The notes: generated from the sequence alone by a model not told the origin. Shown: positions 10,943 to 21,278, numbered from the stretch's first letter. The stretch is DNA of 64,000 nt from an uncultured delta proteobacterium (GCA_963848295.1 CAWKDB010000011.1:160001-224000), one strand, 5' to 3'. Numbers and translations are program-made.

Positions 10943-11683
10943 GTGCCGACCGCAGGAATCGTCATCATCGGCGACGAGATCCTGACCGGTAAGTTCGCCG
11001 AGGAGAACGCGGCGTTTCTGATCGGCGAGCTGCGCGCGCTCGGGGTCGAGCTCAAGCGGATCACGGTGGTCCCCGACGAGCTCGACGACATCGCGACGAC
11101 GGTCCGAGAGGCCTCGGCGCGGTTCGACCACGTGTTCACCTCCGGCGGGGTCGGCCCGACCCACGACGACATCACGATCGCCGCGATCGCGCGCGGGTTC
11201 GGCGTCGGCGTCCGGCGCCATCCCGAGCTCGAGGCCAAGGTGCGCGGCTACTGGGGCGACAAGCTCGCCGACGCGAACCTCCGGCTCGCCGACCTGCCGG
11301 ACACCGCGGAGCTGGTCTACGGCAAGGACCAGATCTGGCCGGTCGTGTGCGTACGCAATGTCTTCATCTTGCCCGGCGTGCCGGCGCTGTTTCGCCGCAA
11401 GTTCGTCGACATCCGCGATCGGTTTCGCGCCGAGCCGGTGACCGCCGCGCGGCTCTACGTCGATGCGGACGAAGGCGAGCTCGCGCCACACCTCGAGGCC
11501 GTCGTCGCGGCTCATCCCTCGGTCAAGATCGGCAGCTACCCGCGGTTCTCCGAGAAGGAGTTTCGCGTGCTGGTCACGCTCGAGGGCGCCGATGGTGCCG
11601 AGGTCGCGGCGGCCCACGATGCGCTCGCGGTCAAGCTCGGCGCCCGGGTCGTGCGGCGCGAAGAACCGCGGAGGGTCGGATGA
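10943..11683 (+). CDS. CinA N-terminal / molybdopterin-binding-like protein (COG1058, ADP-ribose pyrophosphatase family)
   Basis: GIVIIGDEILTGK, TSGGVGPTHDDIT, FILPGVP, KIGSYP motifs. GTG start 6 nt after TATGCT. Confidence 0.9.
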   Translation: MPTAGIVIIGDEILTGKFAEENAAFLIGELRALGVELKRITVVPDELDDIATTVREASARFDHVFTSGGVGPTHDDITIAAIARGFGVGVRRHPELEAKVRGYWGDKLADANLRLADLPDTAELVYGKDQIWPVVCVRNVFILPGVPALFRRKFVDIRDRFRAEPVTAARLYVDADEGELAPHLEAVVAAHPSVKIGSYPRFSEKEFRVLVTLEGADGAEVAAAHDALAVKLGARVVRREEPRRVG

Positions 11684-12753
11684 AGCTCGTCGCCGCGCTC
11701 CTCGTCGCGGCGTGTGGCTCGGCCGCCGCGCAACCGCCGCGCTCCCCGACCGCGCCGGCTCCGGTCGGGTTCACGCCGCTCGCCGATCCAGATCTCCAGC
11801 TGATCGCGACGCCGGCGACCGACCACGCGCCGTTCGTCCAGGCGATCGACGCGGCGATCACGTCGATCGATCTCGCGATGTTCCACCTCACCGACAAGCA
11901 GGTGGTCGAAGCGCTCCAGGGCGCGGCCTCGCGCGGCGTCGCGGTGCGCGTGATCATCGATCACGACAGCGTCAAGGCGAAGGCGAATCAGCGGCAGTTC
12001 GATGTGCTGCGCACGCACGGCGTGCCGATCCGGCGCTCGAGCAAACAGTTCTCGATCACGCACGAGAAGGCGATGGTGATCGACGGCAAGGTCGCCTTCG
12101 TCACCGCGATCAACCTCACGAACGATGTCGACAAGACGCGCGATTTCGGCGTGATCACCCGCGCGCCCGACGTGGTCAGCGACGTCGCCGCGCTGTTCGA
12201 GGCGGACTGGACGAACGCCGACAGCCATGGCCACGTCACGCCGGCGCAGCGCGCGGCGAGCCTCGTCGTGTCGCCGACCAGCTCGCGCAGCAAGCTCGTC
12301 GCGTTGCTCGGCTCGGCGCAACACACCGTCGACCTCACGGTCGAGAACCTCGGCGATCCGGCGATCATCGAGGCGATCGTGGCCGCGGCCAAGCGCGGCG
12401 CGGCCGTGCGCGCGATCGTGCCGGCATGCGACAAGAACCCGGACGAGCTCTACAACCTGCCGGCCGCGCAGCGGCTCGCGGCGGCGGGCGTCGCGGCGCG
12501 GATGATGCCCGCGCCCGAGACCGCCGACACGCCGTACATGCACTCGAAGATGATCCTCGTCGACGGCCACGTCGCGTACATCGGCTCGGTGAACTTCTCC
12601 GGCAACTCGCTCGCCCACGCGCGCGAGCTCGGCGTGATCGTCGACAGCGCCGCCGCCGGTGCGCAGATCCGCGCCACGTTCGAGACCGACTTCGCGCACG
12701 CAGTGGTCCCTCCGGCCACGCGCCCGGCATCGTGCCGCGCGATCGGGCACTGA
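11680..12753 (+). CDS. Phospholipase D family (two HKD motifs) exported or lipoprotein enzyme
   Basis: HEKAMVID and HSKMILVD...GSVN motifs; lipobox-like LLVAAC. ATG overlaps the upstream stop. Confidence 0.9.
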   Translation: MKLVAALLVAACGSAAAQPPRSPTAPAPVGFTPLADPDLQLIATPATDHAPFVQAIDAAITSIDLAMFHLTDKQVVEALQGAASRGVAVRVIIDHDSVKAKANQRQFDVLRTHGVPIRRSSKQFSITHEKAMVIDGKVAFVTAINLTNDVDKTRDFGVITRAPDVVSDVAALFEADWTNADSHGHVTPAQRAASLVVSPTSSRSKLVALLGSAQHTVDLTVENLGDPAIIEAIVAAAKRGAAVRAIVPACDKNPDELYNLPAAQRLAAAGVAARMMPAPETADTPYMHSKMILVDGHVAYIGSVNFSGNSLAHARELGVIVDSAAAGAQIRATFETDFAHAVVPPATRPASCRAIGH

Positions 12754-12755
12754 GG

Positions 12756-14129
12756 TTAGTCGACCGCGAGCAGCTCTCCGACCTTCGCGACGACCGCGCC
12801 GAGTGGCACTTCGTGCTCGTTCGCGATCGTGGTGTCGGTGATCCGCAGATCCTTGACCTTGACGACGCCGGCATCGCGTTCGCGCGAGCCGAAGATCAGC
12901 GCGAGCGGAATACCGCCCTTGTCGGCGTACTTGAACTGCTTGCCGAGCTTGTCGTCGCCGCCGTAGACCTCGGTGTTGTGGCCGGCGGCGCGCAGCTGCG
13001 ACGCGATCCTCGCGTAGTCAAGTGCGAGCGTCGGATCGACATTGAGCACGATCGCATGCGCGATCGAGCGGCGATCGCCGGCGATCACGCCGAGCTCGAG
13101 CAGTTGCGCGAACAGCCGCGTCACGCCGATCGAGATGCCGACGCCCGGCAGCTTCGACTTCGTGTAGTGCCCGGCGAGGTTGTCGTAACGGCCGCCCGAG
13201 CAGATCGACCCGAGCTTCGGGTGGTCATCGAGGAACGTCTCGTAGACCGTGCCGGTGTAGTAGTCGAGGCCGCGCACGATCGACAAATCGATGCACAGCG
13301 CGGCATCGGGTACGCCGAGCGCGATCGTGCCGGCATAGACCCGCTCGAGCTCGGCCAGGCCCTCGGCGAAGCTCGCCGACGCGGTCGGCTGTATCGCGTG
13401 CTCGCGGAGCTTGCCGAGGATCGCGCGCGAGTCGCCGGCGCCCGCGGTGAGCAGATCGAGCAAGCGCCTCGCGGCCGACGGCTCGATCACCGCCGCGAGC
13501 TTTGCTTCGACCGCGGCGCGATCCTGTTTGCCCAGGCGATCGACCTCGTGCAGCACGTCGCCGTGGCTCGCGGCCGGGATCGCGAGCGACTCGAGCAGGC
13601 CGCGCAGCAGCTTGCGGTTGTTGATCTTGATCGTGAACGCGCCGAACCGTAGCTCGTGGAAGATGCCGTAGATCACCGCCGGCAGCTCGGCATCGTAAGC
13701 GAGCGCCAGCGCGTCCTTGCCGATCACGTCGATGTCGGCTTGATAGAACTCGCGATACCGGCCGTGCTGCGGGCGCTCGCCGCGGTAGACGCGCTGGATC
13801 TGATAGCGGCGGAACGGAAAGTTGAGCTGGCCCTCGTGCTGCGCGACATACCGCGCGAGCGGCACCGTGAGATCGAACCGCAGCGCGAGCTCGGGCGGCT
13901 TGCCCTGCGCGAGCGCCCCGGTCGATTGTACGAAGTAGACTTCTTTCTCGGTCTCGCCGCCGGACTTGGTCAGCAGCACCTCGGACAGCTCGAACACCGG
14001 GGTCTCGACCGGCAGAAAGCCGAAGCGCTCGAACCCGCGCCGGATCGTGTCGAGCATCCGCTGGTGCGCGAGCTGCTGCGCGGGGAGCAGCTCGAGGACT
14101 CCGGGCGGTATGCGAGGCGAGACGGGCAT
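12756..14129 (-). CDS. hisS: Histidine--tRNA ligase
   Basis: [44 protein letters not shown], anticodon domain KQFKYADK. Confidence 0.97.
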   Translation of the reverse strand: MPVSPRIPPGVLELLPAQQLAHQRMLDTIRRGFERFGFLPVETPVFELSEVLLTKSGGETEKEVYFVQSTGALAQGKPPELALRFDLTVPLARYVAQHEGQLNFPFRRYQIQRVYRGERPQHGRYREFYQADIDVIGKDALALAYDAELPAVIYGIFHELRFGAFTIKINNRKLLRGLLESLAIPAASHGDVLHEVDRLGKQDRAAVEAKLAAVIEPSAARRLLDLLTAGAGDSRAILGKLREHAIQPTASASFAEGLAELERVYAGTIALGVPDAALCIDLSIVRGLDYYTGTVYETFLDDHPKLGSICSGGRYDNLAGHYTKSKLPGVGISIGVTRLFAQLLELGVIAGDRRSIAHAIVLNVDPTLALDYARIASQLRAAGHNTEVYGGDDKLGKQFKYADKGGIPLALIFGSRERDAGVVKVKDLRITDTTIANEHEVPLGAVVAKVGELLAVD

Positions 14130-14152
14130 CGCGCCGTGACATACCATGCGAG

Positions 14153-15451
14153 TCAGCCGCGGCGCAGCATGCCGACGACGATCACCGCGGTGCCGAGCAC
14201 GAGCGCGACGCCGACCATCGCGACCCACAACATCGAGCCATCGTCGTCGCCGCTGTCGTCGACCGGCGCGGCCCGTGCAGCACTGGCCGGCGGCGCGGAG
14301 CCCGCGGTCATGCGCGACGCCTCCGCGACCGGCGCCGGGCCGTCGGTCCACGACGTCGTCTCGATCGTCGTGCCGTCCGAGCGGATCGCGGTGACCTCGA
14401 CCCGATTTCCACTCGTGGTCACCCGCAGGTAGTGCAGCACCCGCTCGAACTTCTGCACCGCCTCGGCATCGACCGCCGCGGGCTTGGGCCGGCGCGGATA
14501 CAGCGGCGCGCCACCGCCGCCCGACACGAAGTAGTGCACGCCGTTGTGCTCCGCGCGCTCGTAGACGTGGTCGTGTCCGGAGAACACCGCGGTGACTTGA
14601 TACTTCTCGAACAGCGGCGTCCAGCGCTCGCGCAAGTCGCGCTGGCCGCCGTGCAACGAGATCGAGAACGGCGGGTGATGCATGACCACGAAGATGTGAT
14701 GGATGCGCGGATCCTGGCGCGCGGCGATCAGCTCGCGCTCGAGCCACGACGTCTGGTCGGTGAGCGCGAAGCTGTAGGCGTTCGAGTCGAGCACGAGGAA
14801 CCGCGCCGCGGCATAGCTGAACGCGTAGTAGCGCTCGGACTCGCCGCCGTTCTCCGGGACGGAGAAGAACTCGCGATACGTATCGGCCGTACGCCCGCGG
14901 CCTTGACGATCGTGATTGCCGACCGCCGGGTAATAGACGTTGTCGCGCAAGAACGGGCTCTCGACATCGAAGTACGCCTGCCACTCGTCGAGCCGAGCGC
15001 CATCGTCGACCATGTCGCCGGTGCCGAGCACGAAGTCGGGCACCTCTTCCATCATCCGTTCGACGACTCGGCGATGTTGCTCGATGCCGTTGCGCGAATC
15101 GCCGATGACGACGAACGAGAACGGCACGTCCTTGCCGACCGGCGGCGCGGTCGCGAACTCGCCTTGCCAGCTCTGGTCGCCGACCTCGACGCGATAGTGA
15201 TAGCGCGTCGCCGGCATGAGGTTCTCGATCTTCGCCTCGACGATACGCGCCCCGGGGACGTCTTGCGCATGCTCGCCGCCCGGGCCGGACACGATCAGCT
15301 TGCCCGGCTCGACGTCGTCGAGCTGCCACATCACCTTGATCGACGTCGGCGCGAGATCCTGCAGGTACGGCCCCTTCAACATCTTCGGAGCCGCGGTCGC
15401 CGCGCCACCTAGCCCAGCGAGCACGACGATCGATGCGAAGGGGCGCGCCAT
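14153..15451 (-). CDS. Purple-acid-phosphatase-like metallophosphoesterase (FN3 N-terminus, C-terminal membrane anchor)
   Basis: GDSR, GDMV, GNHD, HHPP and SGHDHVYER motifs; signal peptide; C-terminal TM helix ending LRRG. Confidence 0.9.
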   Translation of the reverse strand: MARPFASIVVLAGLGGAATAAPKMLKGPYLQDLAPTSIKVMWQLDDVEPGKLIVSGPGGEHAQDVPGARIVEAKIENLMPATRYHYRVEVGDQSWQGEFATAPPVGKDVPFSFVVIGDSRNGIEQHRRVVERMMEEVPDFVLGTGDMVDDGARLDEWQAYFDVESPFLRDNVYYPAVGNHDRQGRGRTADTYREFFSVPENGGESERYYAFSYAAARFLVLDSNAYSFALTDQTSWLERELIAARQDPRIHHIFVVMHHPPFSISLHGGQRDLRERWTPLFEKYQVTAVFSGHDHVYERAEHNGVHYFVSGGGGAPLYPRRPKPAAVDAEAVQKFERVLHYLRVTTSGNRVEVTAIRSDGTTIETTSWTDGPAPVAEASRMTAGSAPPASAARAAPVDDSGDDDGSMLWVAMVGVALVLGTAVIVVGMLRRG

Positions 15452-15506
15452 CCAGCTCGCCCCAAGGATACGCCAGGGACGCGATGTAGGCGCAAGCGCG
15501 CGTCGC

Positions 15507-16199
15507 TCAAGCCGCGAACAGCCGCGGCACGATCTCGTCGGCCTCGCCCACGTGGACCTCATCGAACAACTCCCGAGCATCGTCGAACGCCTCGAGGTTG
15601 ATCAGCACGCGCCGCGCGCCGGCGTATTCGGCGGAACGGACGAAGCTCGACGCCGGGGTCACGGTGCCCGACGTACCGATCGCGACGAACAGGTCGCAAT
15701 CGCGCAGCGCGCGTTTGACGGCGTGCTCGGCGTCGACCGGGATCGGCTCGCCGAATAGCACCGCGCCCGGGCGCATCACGCGATCGCAGTGCTCGGGTGG
15801 CCGCTCCGAATCGTCGGGCACGAGCTCGGCTGCGCACGTCTCGCAGCGCCAACACGCGAGGCTGCCGTGGTACTCGCAGACGCTCTTACTTCCGGCCGCC
15901 TGGTGCAGGCCGTCGACGTTCTGCGTGACGACCAGCATGCGCGCCATCGCGGGCAGCGTCGCTTCGTACGCGGCGAGCGCACGATGGGCCGCGGTGGGGC
16001 TGACCCGCCGGATCGCTCGCCGGAATCCCCAGAACATCTCGCACGCCTCGTCGTGCCGATCGGCCAGCGCGCTCGCGTGCGCCAGCTCCGCGAGCTTGCC
16101 GTCGCTCCACAGCCCGCCCGGTCCGCGATACGTCGCGAGCCCCGCGCTGCGCGAAATACCGGCCCCGGTTAGCACCACGATGCCGCGATAGCCATGCAT
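15507..16199 (-). CDS. cobB: Sir2-family NAD-dependent protein deacylase
   Basis: LTGAGIS, TYRGPGGLW, TQNVDGLHQAAGS, YHGS, FGEP, GTSG..V.PA, INLE. Confidence 0.92.
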   Translation of the reverse strand: MHGYRGIVVLTGAGISRSAGLATYRGPGGLWSDGKLAELAHASALADRHDEACEMFWGFRRAIRRVSPTAAHRALAAYEATLPAMARMLVVTQNVDGLHQAAGSKSVCEYHGSLACWRCETCAAELVPDDSERPPEHCDRVMRPGAVLFGEPIPVDAEHAVKRALRDCDLFVAIGTSGTVTPASSFVRSAEYAGARRVLINLEAFDDARELFDEVHVGEADEIVPRLFAA

Positions 16200-16204
16200 C
16201 TACC

Positions 16205-16223
16205 TAGTGTACTATGGACACTC
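16205..16223. promoter_or_regulatory. Palindromic operator AGTGT-N7-ACACT (NrtR-like) overlapping the sirtuin promoter
   Basis: tAGTGT actatgg ACACTc in an AT-rich intergenic gap 6-23 nt upstream of the sirtuin ATG; contains the GT-N7-AC core. Confidence 0.55.
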
Positions 16224-16238
16224 TTATAGGCAACGCGA

Positions 16239-18233
16239 CTACGGAGCGCCGACGAGCCCGGCGACGTCGTCGGTGACGATCTCCGGCCGCGCATCGGGGC
16301 TCGCGACCGCGGTCGTGCAGCTGTCGAACGTGACGCCCGCGACGTGCCGCAGGTAGTAGCCCCACGCCGGGAGGTCGCCGAACATGTTCGACTCGGGATA
16401 TTGATCGGGTGTCGCCTCGGCCGGTGCGCCCGGCACGCTCGCCAGGCCGCCGTCGTAGGTCACCGCGACTCGCGTGAAGCTGAGGTTCGTGATCGGATAG
16501 GTCGTGCCGTTGAAGATGTGCCCGGTGATGAGGCTACCTTGGTGCGGCGAGTTCCCCCACGGCGCGGTCGAGCCGCGGATGTCGGTGAACGAGACGTTGT
16601 CGATGCTGCCGAGCTTCGGCACGTCGCCGATCGGGTGGGTGGTCGATTGCTGCGCGAGGTAGACGAAGAACGCGCCGCCGGTGTTCGAGAACTCGACGCG
16701 CTGGAACGTCATACCCTCGATGTCCGCGCCCTGGCGCGACTCGACTGCCATCGCCGCGTACTGGACGTCCTTGACCCAGGTGTCTTCGATCGTGACGTTC
16801 GCGAACGCGCCGTAGGTCGCGGTGCCGACCTTGATCCCGTTCGAGCCGCCGTTGTTGCCGGTGAACACCGAGTCCTTGACGACCATCGTGTCGATGCCGC
16901 GCCGCACGCCGCTCTTCAAGCACATCGCGTCGTCGCCTGCGTTGATCGCGCTGTGCTCGACCGTGATATCGGTGCCGTCGACGATGTCGATGCCGTCGTG
17001 TGTGATGTAGTTCGACTGCAAGTTGATGTTGTTGATGACGACGTGGTCGCTCTCCATGCTGACCAGGCTCCACACCGCGCCCTTGCGCAGGTAGAGGTTC
17101 TGCACGGTCACGTCCTGCGCGAGCACGGCCCAGATCAGCAGCGGGCGGGTTCCTTCGACCCCGGAGAACGAGTCGCCCTGCCCGTCGATCACGCCGCCGC
17201 CGTCGATCGTGAGGTCGGTCGAGCCCGGCGCGTACACCAGCGCGCGCTGCGTGTTGCTGAGCTGCGTGTTGCCGGTAGCCGGCGTCTGCGTCGGATAGTC
17301 GGCGACGTTCGTGCTGCCGAGCAACACCGCCGACGAATCGACGAACAGCGTCAGCTTGCTGCCGAGCGTGACCGTGCCGGACAGGAACGTGCCACCGGAC
17401 AGCACGACCGAGCCGCCGGTGCCGGCCGCGGCGTCGGCCGCCGCCTGGATCGCCGCGGTGTCGTTCGTCACGCCGTCGCCCTTCGCGCCGTAGTCGCGGG
17501 CATCGAACACCGGCGACGGCGGCGCGCCGATGTACGCCGCCTCGGTGTAGACCTCGACGTTGTCGACGTACAGCGTGCCGGTGTTCGCGCCGTCCATGAA
17601 GTAGCTGACCTTCGCGACCGACGGTGAGGCGGTGCGCAGGGCGACCGCGTGCTGCTTGCGAACTCCGTCGACGTACAGATCGAACGTGCCCTGCGTCGTA
17701 TCGACGACGACGCGCACCCGGTACCACACATTCGCGGCGAACGTCTGGATCAGCGTGGTGGTCGCGCCGACATGCGCGTTGAGGTTGCCGTCCTGGAACG
17801 AGATCGATGCGACCGCGGCGCCGTTCGCGTCGTAGATGTACGGGATCGCCTTGAACCCGGCGGTCTCGGCCGCCTTGACCTTCGCCTCGAACACGATGCG
17901 ACCGCTCTGGGGCGCGAACGACGTTGCCAAACTCGACGTCCCGCTCGTGTCGGGCTTCACGATCGCGATCGACTTGTCGGTGGCGAACGGGACCTCGGCG
18001 GCGGTCACCGAGCCGGTCGGCGACTCTGCGACGACCCACGGCGTAGCGGGAGCGAACCCGGTCGCGACCTCGTTGAAGGTCTCGTCGATGATGTAGGCGC
18101 CGTTCGTGCCGGCATCGGACCCGGTGCCATCGCCGTCGCCCTTTCCGCCGCCCGAATCGTCGCCTCCGCCGGATGCCGGGTTGTGAGTGGCACAGGCGGT
18201 GAGGAGCGCCACAATGACCAGGAGTGACTTCAT
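16239..18233 (-). CDS. Glycoside hydrolase family 28 (polygalacturonase-like) lipoprotein with an N-terminal lectin-like domain
   Basis: Lipobox LLTAC; DYGAKGDGVTNDTAAIQAA; HDGID, GDDAMCLKSG and GIKVGT GH28-type motifs; AWGYYLRHV. Confidence 0.85.
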   Translation of the reverse strand: MKSLLVIVALLTACATHNPASGGGDDSGGGKGDGDGTGSDAGTNGAYIIDETFNEVATGFAPATPWVVAESPTGSVTAAEVPFATDKSIAIVKPDTSGTSSLATSFAPQSGRIVFEAKVKAAETAGFKAIPYIYDANGAAVASISFQDGNLNAHVGATTTLIQTFAANVWYRVRVVVDTTQGTFDLYVDGVRKQHAVALRTASPSVAKVSYFMDGANTGTLYVDNVEVYTEAAYIGAPPSPVFDARDYGAKGDGVTNDTAAIQAAADAAAGTGGSVVLSGGTFLSGTVTLGSKLTLFVDSSAVLLGSTNVADYPTQTPATGNTQLSNTQRALVYAPGSTDLTIDGGGVIDGQGDSFSGVEGTRPLLIWAVLAQDVTVQNLYLRKGAVWSLVSMESDHVVINNINLQSNYITHDGIDIVDGTDITVEHSAINAGDDAMCLKSGVRRGIDTMVVKDSVFTGNNGGSNGIKVGTATYGAFANVTIEDTWVKDVQYAAMAVESRQGADIEGMTFQRVEFSNTGGAFFVYLAQQSTTHPIGDVPKLGSIDNVSFTDIRGSTAPWGNSPHQGSLITGHIFNGTTYPITNLSFTRVAVTYDGGLASVPGAPAEATPDQYPESNMFGDLPAWGYYLRHVAGVTFDSCTTAVASPDARPEIVTDDVAGLVGAP

Positions 18234-18245
18234 GTAATCGGTCAC

Positions 18246-18261
18246 AGCAAGAGCCGTACCC
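18246..18261 (-). promoter_or_regulatory. Sigma-54 (-24/-12) promoter of the GH28 gene
   Basis: Minus strand GGGTACG-gctc-TTGCT (GG-N10-GC), ending 12 nt before the ATG at 18233. Confidence 0.6.
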
Positions 18262-18395
18262 GCGCCGGCGACACGGCGTTCCAGGACGTTACTGATATGC
18301 CGACCGGTCCATCGGCTAGCAACTCGTCTTGCCGGCGCGTTACACGGCGGTGTCACGCCGTGCTGCGCCGACGCGATGCGATCCCTGCGGTTCGA

Positions 18396-20633
18396 TCAGC
18401 TCCGATATCGCATCGACGCGAGCGAGCCCACGAGATCGCGCGCCGAGTCTCTCGAGTACCCGTACTTCGTGGTCAGTGTGACGAGCGCGGCCTCGGCGCG
18501 CGTCCGCGCGTCGGCGTTGAGGTGGCTCTCGTTACCCGCGAGCAACGACACGAGATCGGTGATGCCTTTGCCGATCACCTTCTTGTGCTTCTCGAAGTAC
18601 GCGTCGCGCAGCTTGCGCAGGATGTCCGCGAAGATGTCGTTGAGGACCGGCTTCTGGCCTTTGTGGTCGAGCGACCACGCGCCGATCTTCGCGATCAGCC
18701 CTTGGCGAAAGTCGTCGGCGCGACCGGCGAGATCGAGCGTGCGTTCGACCTCGCGCATCATCGCCTCGTCGGGGTCCTCCATCCTGCCGGTCTGCGCGTT
18801 GCGAACCTTCTCCTTCTTGATCGCGTGCATGACGTGCGTGACGTAGCGCTCGAACACGCGGCCGTACTCGCTCTCCTCGACCAGGCCGACCGAGGCGCGA
18901 ACTTCGTCGTCGATCCGATCGAACAGCTTGCCGCGCACGACGTCGAGCAGCTTGCGATGGTCGTGGTACCCGCCGGCCTGGACGTCTTGGCGCAGGAACT
19001 CGTAGATGCTGACCTGCTTCGTGAGCTCGTTCAGCTCGTCGAGCACGACGAGCGGCGACACGTAGGAGTAGCGCGTCGATCCGGCGGACGCGAGGAGCAC
19101 GGTCTGCATCTCGCGCGGCGAAGCGCCGACCCGGCCTTCGTAGATCGGGTAGGTGTCCGATTCGTGGAACAGCTCTTTGATCTGAGCGGTCAGCTCGCGC
19201 GCGCGATCCGGCGGCAAGTCCGCGGGCACGATCCCGCTCGAGTACAGCTCGACCTTCTCGAGCGGCGACAGCCTGCCGATCACCTCGGCGAGCGTCGACG
19301 GGAAGCGCTCGACCTGCGGCTTGCGCATGCGCGACAGCACCGCCCACAGCGCCGCGACGTACGCGGTGTGCGGCGCGATCTCGCGGCCACCGGCCGCCTC
19401 GCGCAGCCGCTCGGCGTAGAGCGCCTCTTCGTGGCGAACGTCGAGGATGAACGGCACGCGCACGAGCTCGATCCGACCCTTGAAGCTCTGAAAATCGGGG
19501 ATCTCGCGAAACGCCGACAGGTGGATGTCGTTGCAGCTGCCGAGGAAGACCAGATCCAGGAACAGCGTCGCGCTCGTCATCGACAGCTCGGCGCGCTCGA
19601 CCGTGGTCAGCAGATACTTGTAGTGCTCGAGCGGGCGCTTCAGCAGGTCGTCGAACTCGATCATGCCGCGATTCGCGCCGACCACCTCGCCGCCGTACTC
19701 GTGCAGCGACACCGACTGCAGCGACGGCGGCAGCGCATTGAGCGTGCGATCCGCGGTGATCTGGCGCTCGGTCGCGTCGACCGAGAGCTGCGGCTCGACC
19801 GTGACCCAGCCGGCGCGATAGCGGTGAGAGATCTCGAACCGCTCGATCCGGATGTGGCGCAGCACCTGGACGTAGTCACCCTGGTAGCTCGCGAGCAGCG
19901 CCTCGTAGATCGCCTTGTTGCGCGGCGACAGCGTGCCGTTGCGCAGGTAATCGCTGAGCTGGAGCTGCTTGCCCGCGAGCATCTTGTCGAGCAGCTTGTG
20001 GCGCTCCTCGAGTGGCACGAGCAACAGCGGGTGGTCGCGCAGCTCGTCGCCGAGCCTGGCGTCGATCATGTCGTCGGCGAGGTACGCGTAGGACTCGGCC
20101 GATTCGATCGCCGCCGCGTTGCCGCCGAATCCGATGCCGCCCTTCGTGCTCTTCGACGCCGGGAAGATCCAGCTGAACCGGTACAGCGCGCCCTGCTCGA
20201 GCGTCGAATAGTCCTCGAGCCCGCGGCCGAGGCAGCGAATGAACGTGGTCTTCGCCGAGCCGTTCGGGCCGTGCAGCAGGATCAGCTTGGTCGGCCGGCC
20301 GTCTTGCACGAACGTGCGCAGCACGTCGTAGACCTGGTTCTGGACCATCTCCTGGCCGAACAGGCGATCCTCGCCGTTCGCCCACGGCGCGTCGAACAGC
20401 GCGAACCGGCGGACGTCGCCCCACGGATACTTCACGGTCGTGGAGCCGTAGTGATCGAACGCATCGACGATGTACTGGGTCGACGACCTTAGCTGGCGCT
20501 CGGGCTGCGCGAACACGAGCGCGAGGTACTCGGTATACGACATCACCCGGCGATTGCGCGTGAAGTCCTCGCGCACGGCCTCGCCGAGCCCGACGAGCGA
20601 CTGCCTCACGATCGCAGGGATGTCGTCCGCCAT
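18396..20633 (-). CDS. prkA: PrkA/YeaG-family serine protein kinase (AAA-like)
   Basis: LILLHGPNGSAKTT Walker A, ELRDHPLLLVP, GEVVGANRGMIEFDDLLKRP, FKGRIELVRVP, YEGRVGASPRE. Confidence 0.9.
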   Translation of the reverse strand: MADDIPAIVRQSLVGLGEAVREDFTRNRRVMSYTEYLALVFAQPERQLRSSTQYIVDAFDHYGSTTVKYPWGDVRRFALFDAPWANGEDRLFGQEMVQNQVYDVLRTFVQDGRPTKLILLHGPNGSAKTTFIRCLGRGLEDYSTLEQGALYRFSWIFPASKSTKGGIGFGGNAAAIESAESYAYLADDMIDARLGDELRDHPLLLVPLEERHKLLDKMLAGKQLQLSDYLRNGTLSPRNKAIYEALLASYQGDYVQVLRHIRIERFEISHRYRAGWVTVEPQLSVDATERQITADRTLNALPPSLQSVSLHEYGGEVVGANRGMIEFDDLLKRPLEHYKYLLTTVERAELSMTSATLFLDLVFLGSCNDIHLSAFREIPDFQSFKGRIELVRVPFILDVRHEEALYAERLREAAGGREIAPHTAYVAALWAVLSRMRKPQVERFPSTLAEVIGRLSPLEKVELYSSGIVPADLPPDRARELTAQIKELFHESDTYPIYEGRVGASPREMQTVLLASAGSTRYSYVSPLVVLDELNELTKQVSIYEFLRQDVQAGGYHDHRKLLDVVRGKLFDRIDDEVRASVGLVEESEYGRVFERYVTHVMHAIKKEKVRNAQTGRMEDPDEAMMREVERTLDLAGRADDFRQGLIAKIGAWSLDHKGQKPVLNDIFADILRKLRDAYFEKHKKVIGKGITDLVSLLAGNESHLNADARTRAEAALVTLTTKYGYSRDSARDLVGSLASMRYRS

Positions 20634-20646
20634 GGCCGCGACGCTA

Positions 20647-21177
20647 TCACTTTGCGGCGATGACGATCGTCACCGGCTGCCGCTTCGCGTGGCAGCTCTG
20701 CTCGTCGCACACGCCGAACTTGAACATGCCCTTGATCTCGAAGCTGCCGGCCTGCGCCGGCGTCGCCTTGACGTCGAACGCGAGCACCTGCTCGGTCAGC
20801 GTCGACGCGTCGCCCTGCGACTTGTCCCGGCCACCGGCGACGAGCTCGGCTTTCGCGAGCGTGATACCGGCCGGTGGCACCTCGAGCGTCAGCTTGATCG
20901 GGAAGTCGGTGTTGACGTGAAACCCGGTCGCCGGCGTGACCTTGAGCGACACCGTCGCTTCGGCGCCGGGCTTGACCTCGGCGGTCCCGATCTCGAGCGT
21001 GCCCTCGTCGGGATGGAGGTGGTTGCGTTCGTCGTCAGCGACCTTGACCGCTTTGTGATCGCCGGCGTTGGCCTGTACGCCCGCGGGCGACGGGTTAGCG
21101 GGGACCGGATCGGCGCTCGCCGCCGGCTTCGAGCATCCCGCCGCGAGAAACAGTGCGAACAGACCGTGGCGATACAT
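20647..21177 (-). CDS. Lipoprotein with DsbD N-terminal-like Ig domain
   Basis: Lipobox FLAAGC; GFHVNTDFP and FGVCDEQSC motifs. Start chosen at ATG 21177, 7 nt after TATGCT. Confidence 0.7.
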   Translation of the reverse strand: MYRHGLFALFLAAGCSKPAASADPVPANPSPAGVQANAGDHKAVKVADDERNHLHPDEGTLEIGTAEVKPGAEATVSLKVTPATGFHVNTDFPIKLTLEVPPAGITLAKAELVAGGRDKSQGDASTLTEQVLAFDVKATPAQAGSFEIKGMFKFGVCDEQSCHAKRQPVTIVIAAK

Positions 21178-21278
21178 GGGCGTGAGCATAGACGATCTCC
21201 GTTGCCTAGATAAGAAACGACGACGTGTGTGGGAGCGTGTGCCCCTATGAGATCGAGAACCGGCGGGGTACCCTCGTT

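Noticed and set aside
11680..12753. PLD as a defence nuclease
   Set aside because: It has two HKD motifs plus a lipoprotein signal, typical of lipid-acting or exported PLDs; no helicase or restriction context.
15507..16199. Sir2 as an anti-phage (Thoeris/DSR-type) effector
   Set aside because: It is a short CobB-like deacylase with a zinc subdomain and no defence partners.
18297..20492. Long antisense and alternate-frame ORFs (this one; also 9081-10985, 11463-13652, 48173-50056 and others)
   Set aside because: Arg/Ala-rich shadow ORFs expected in high-GC DNA opposite or overlapping well-supported genes.
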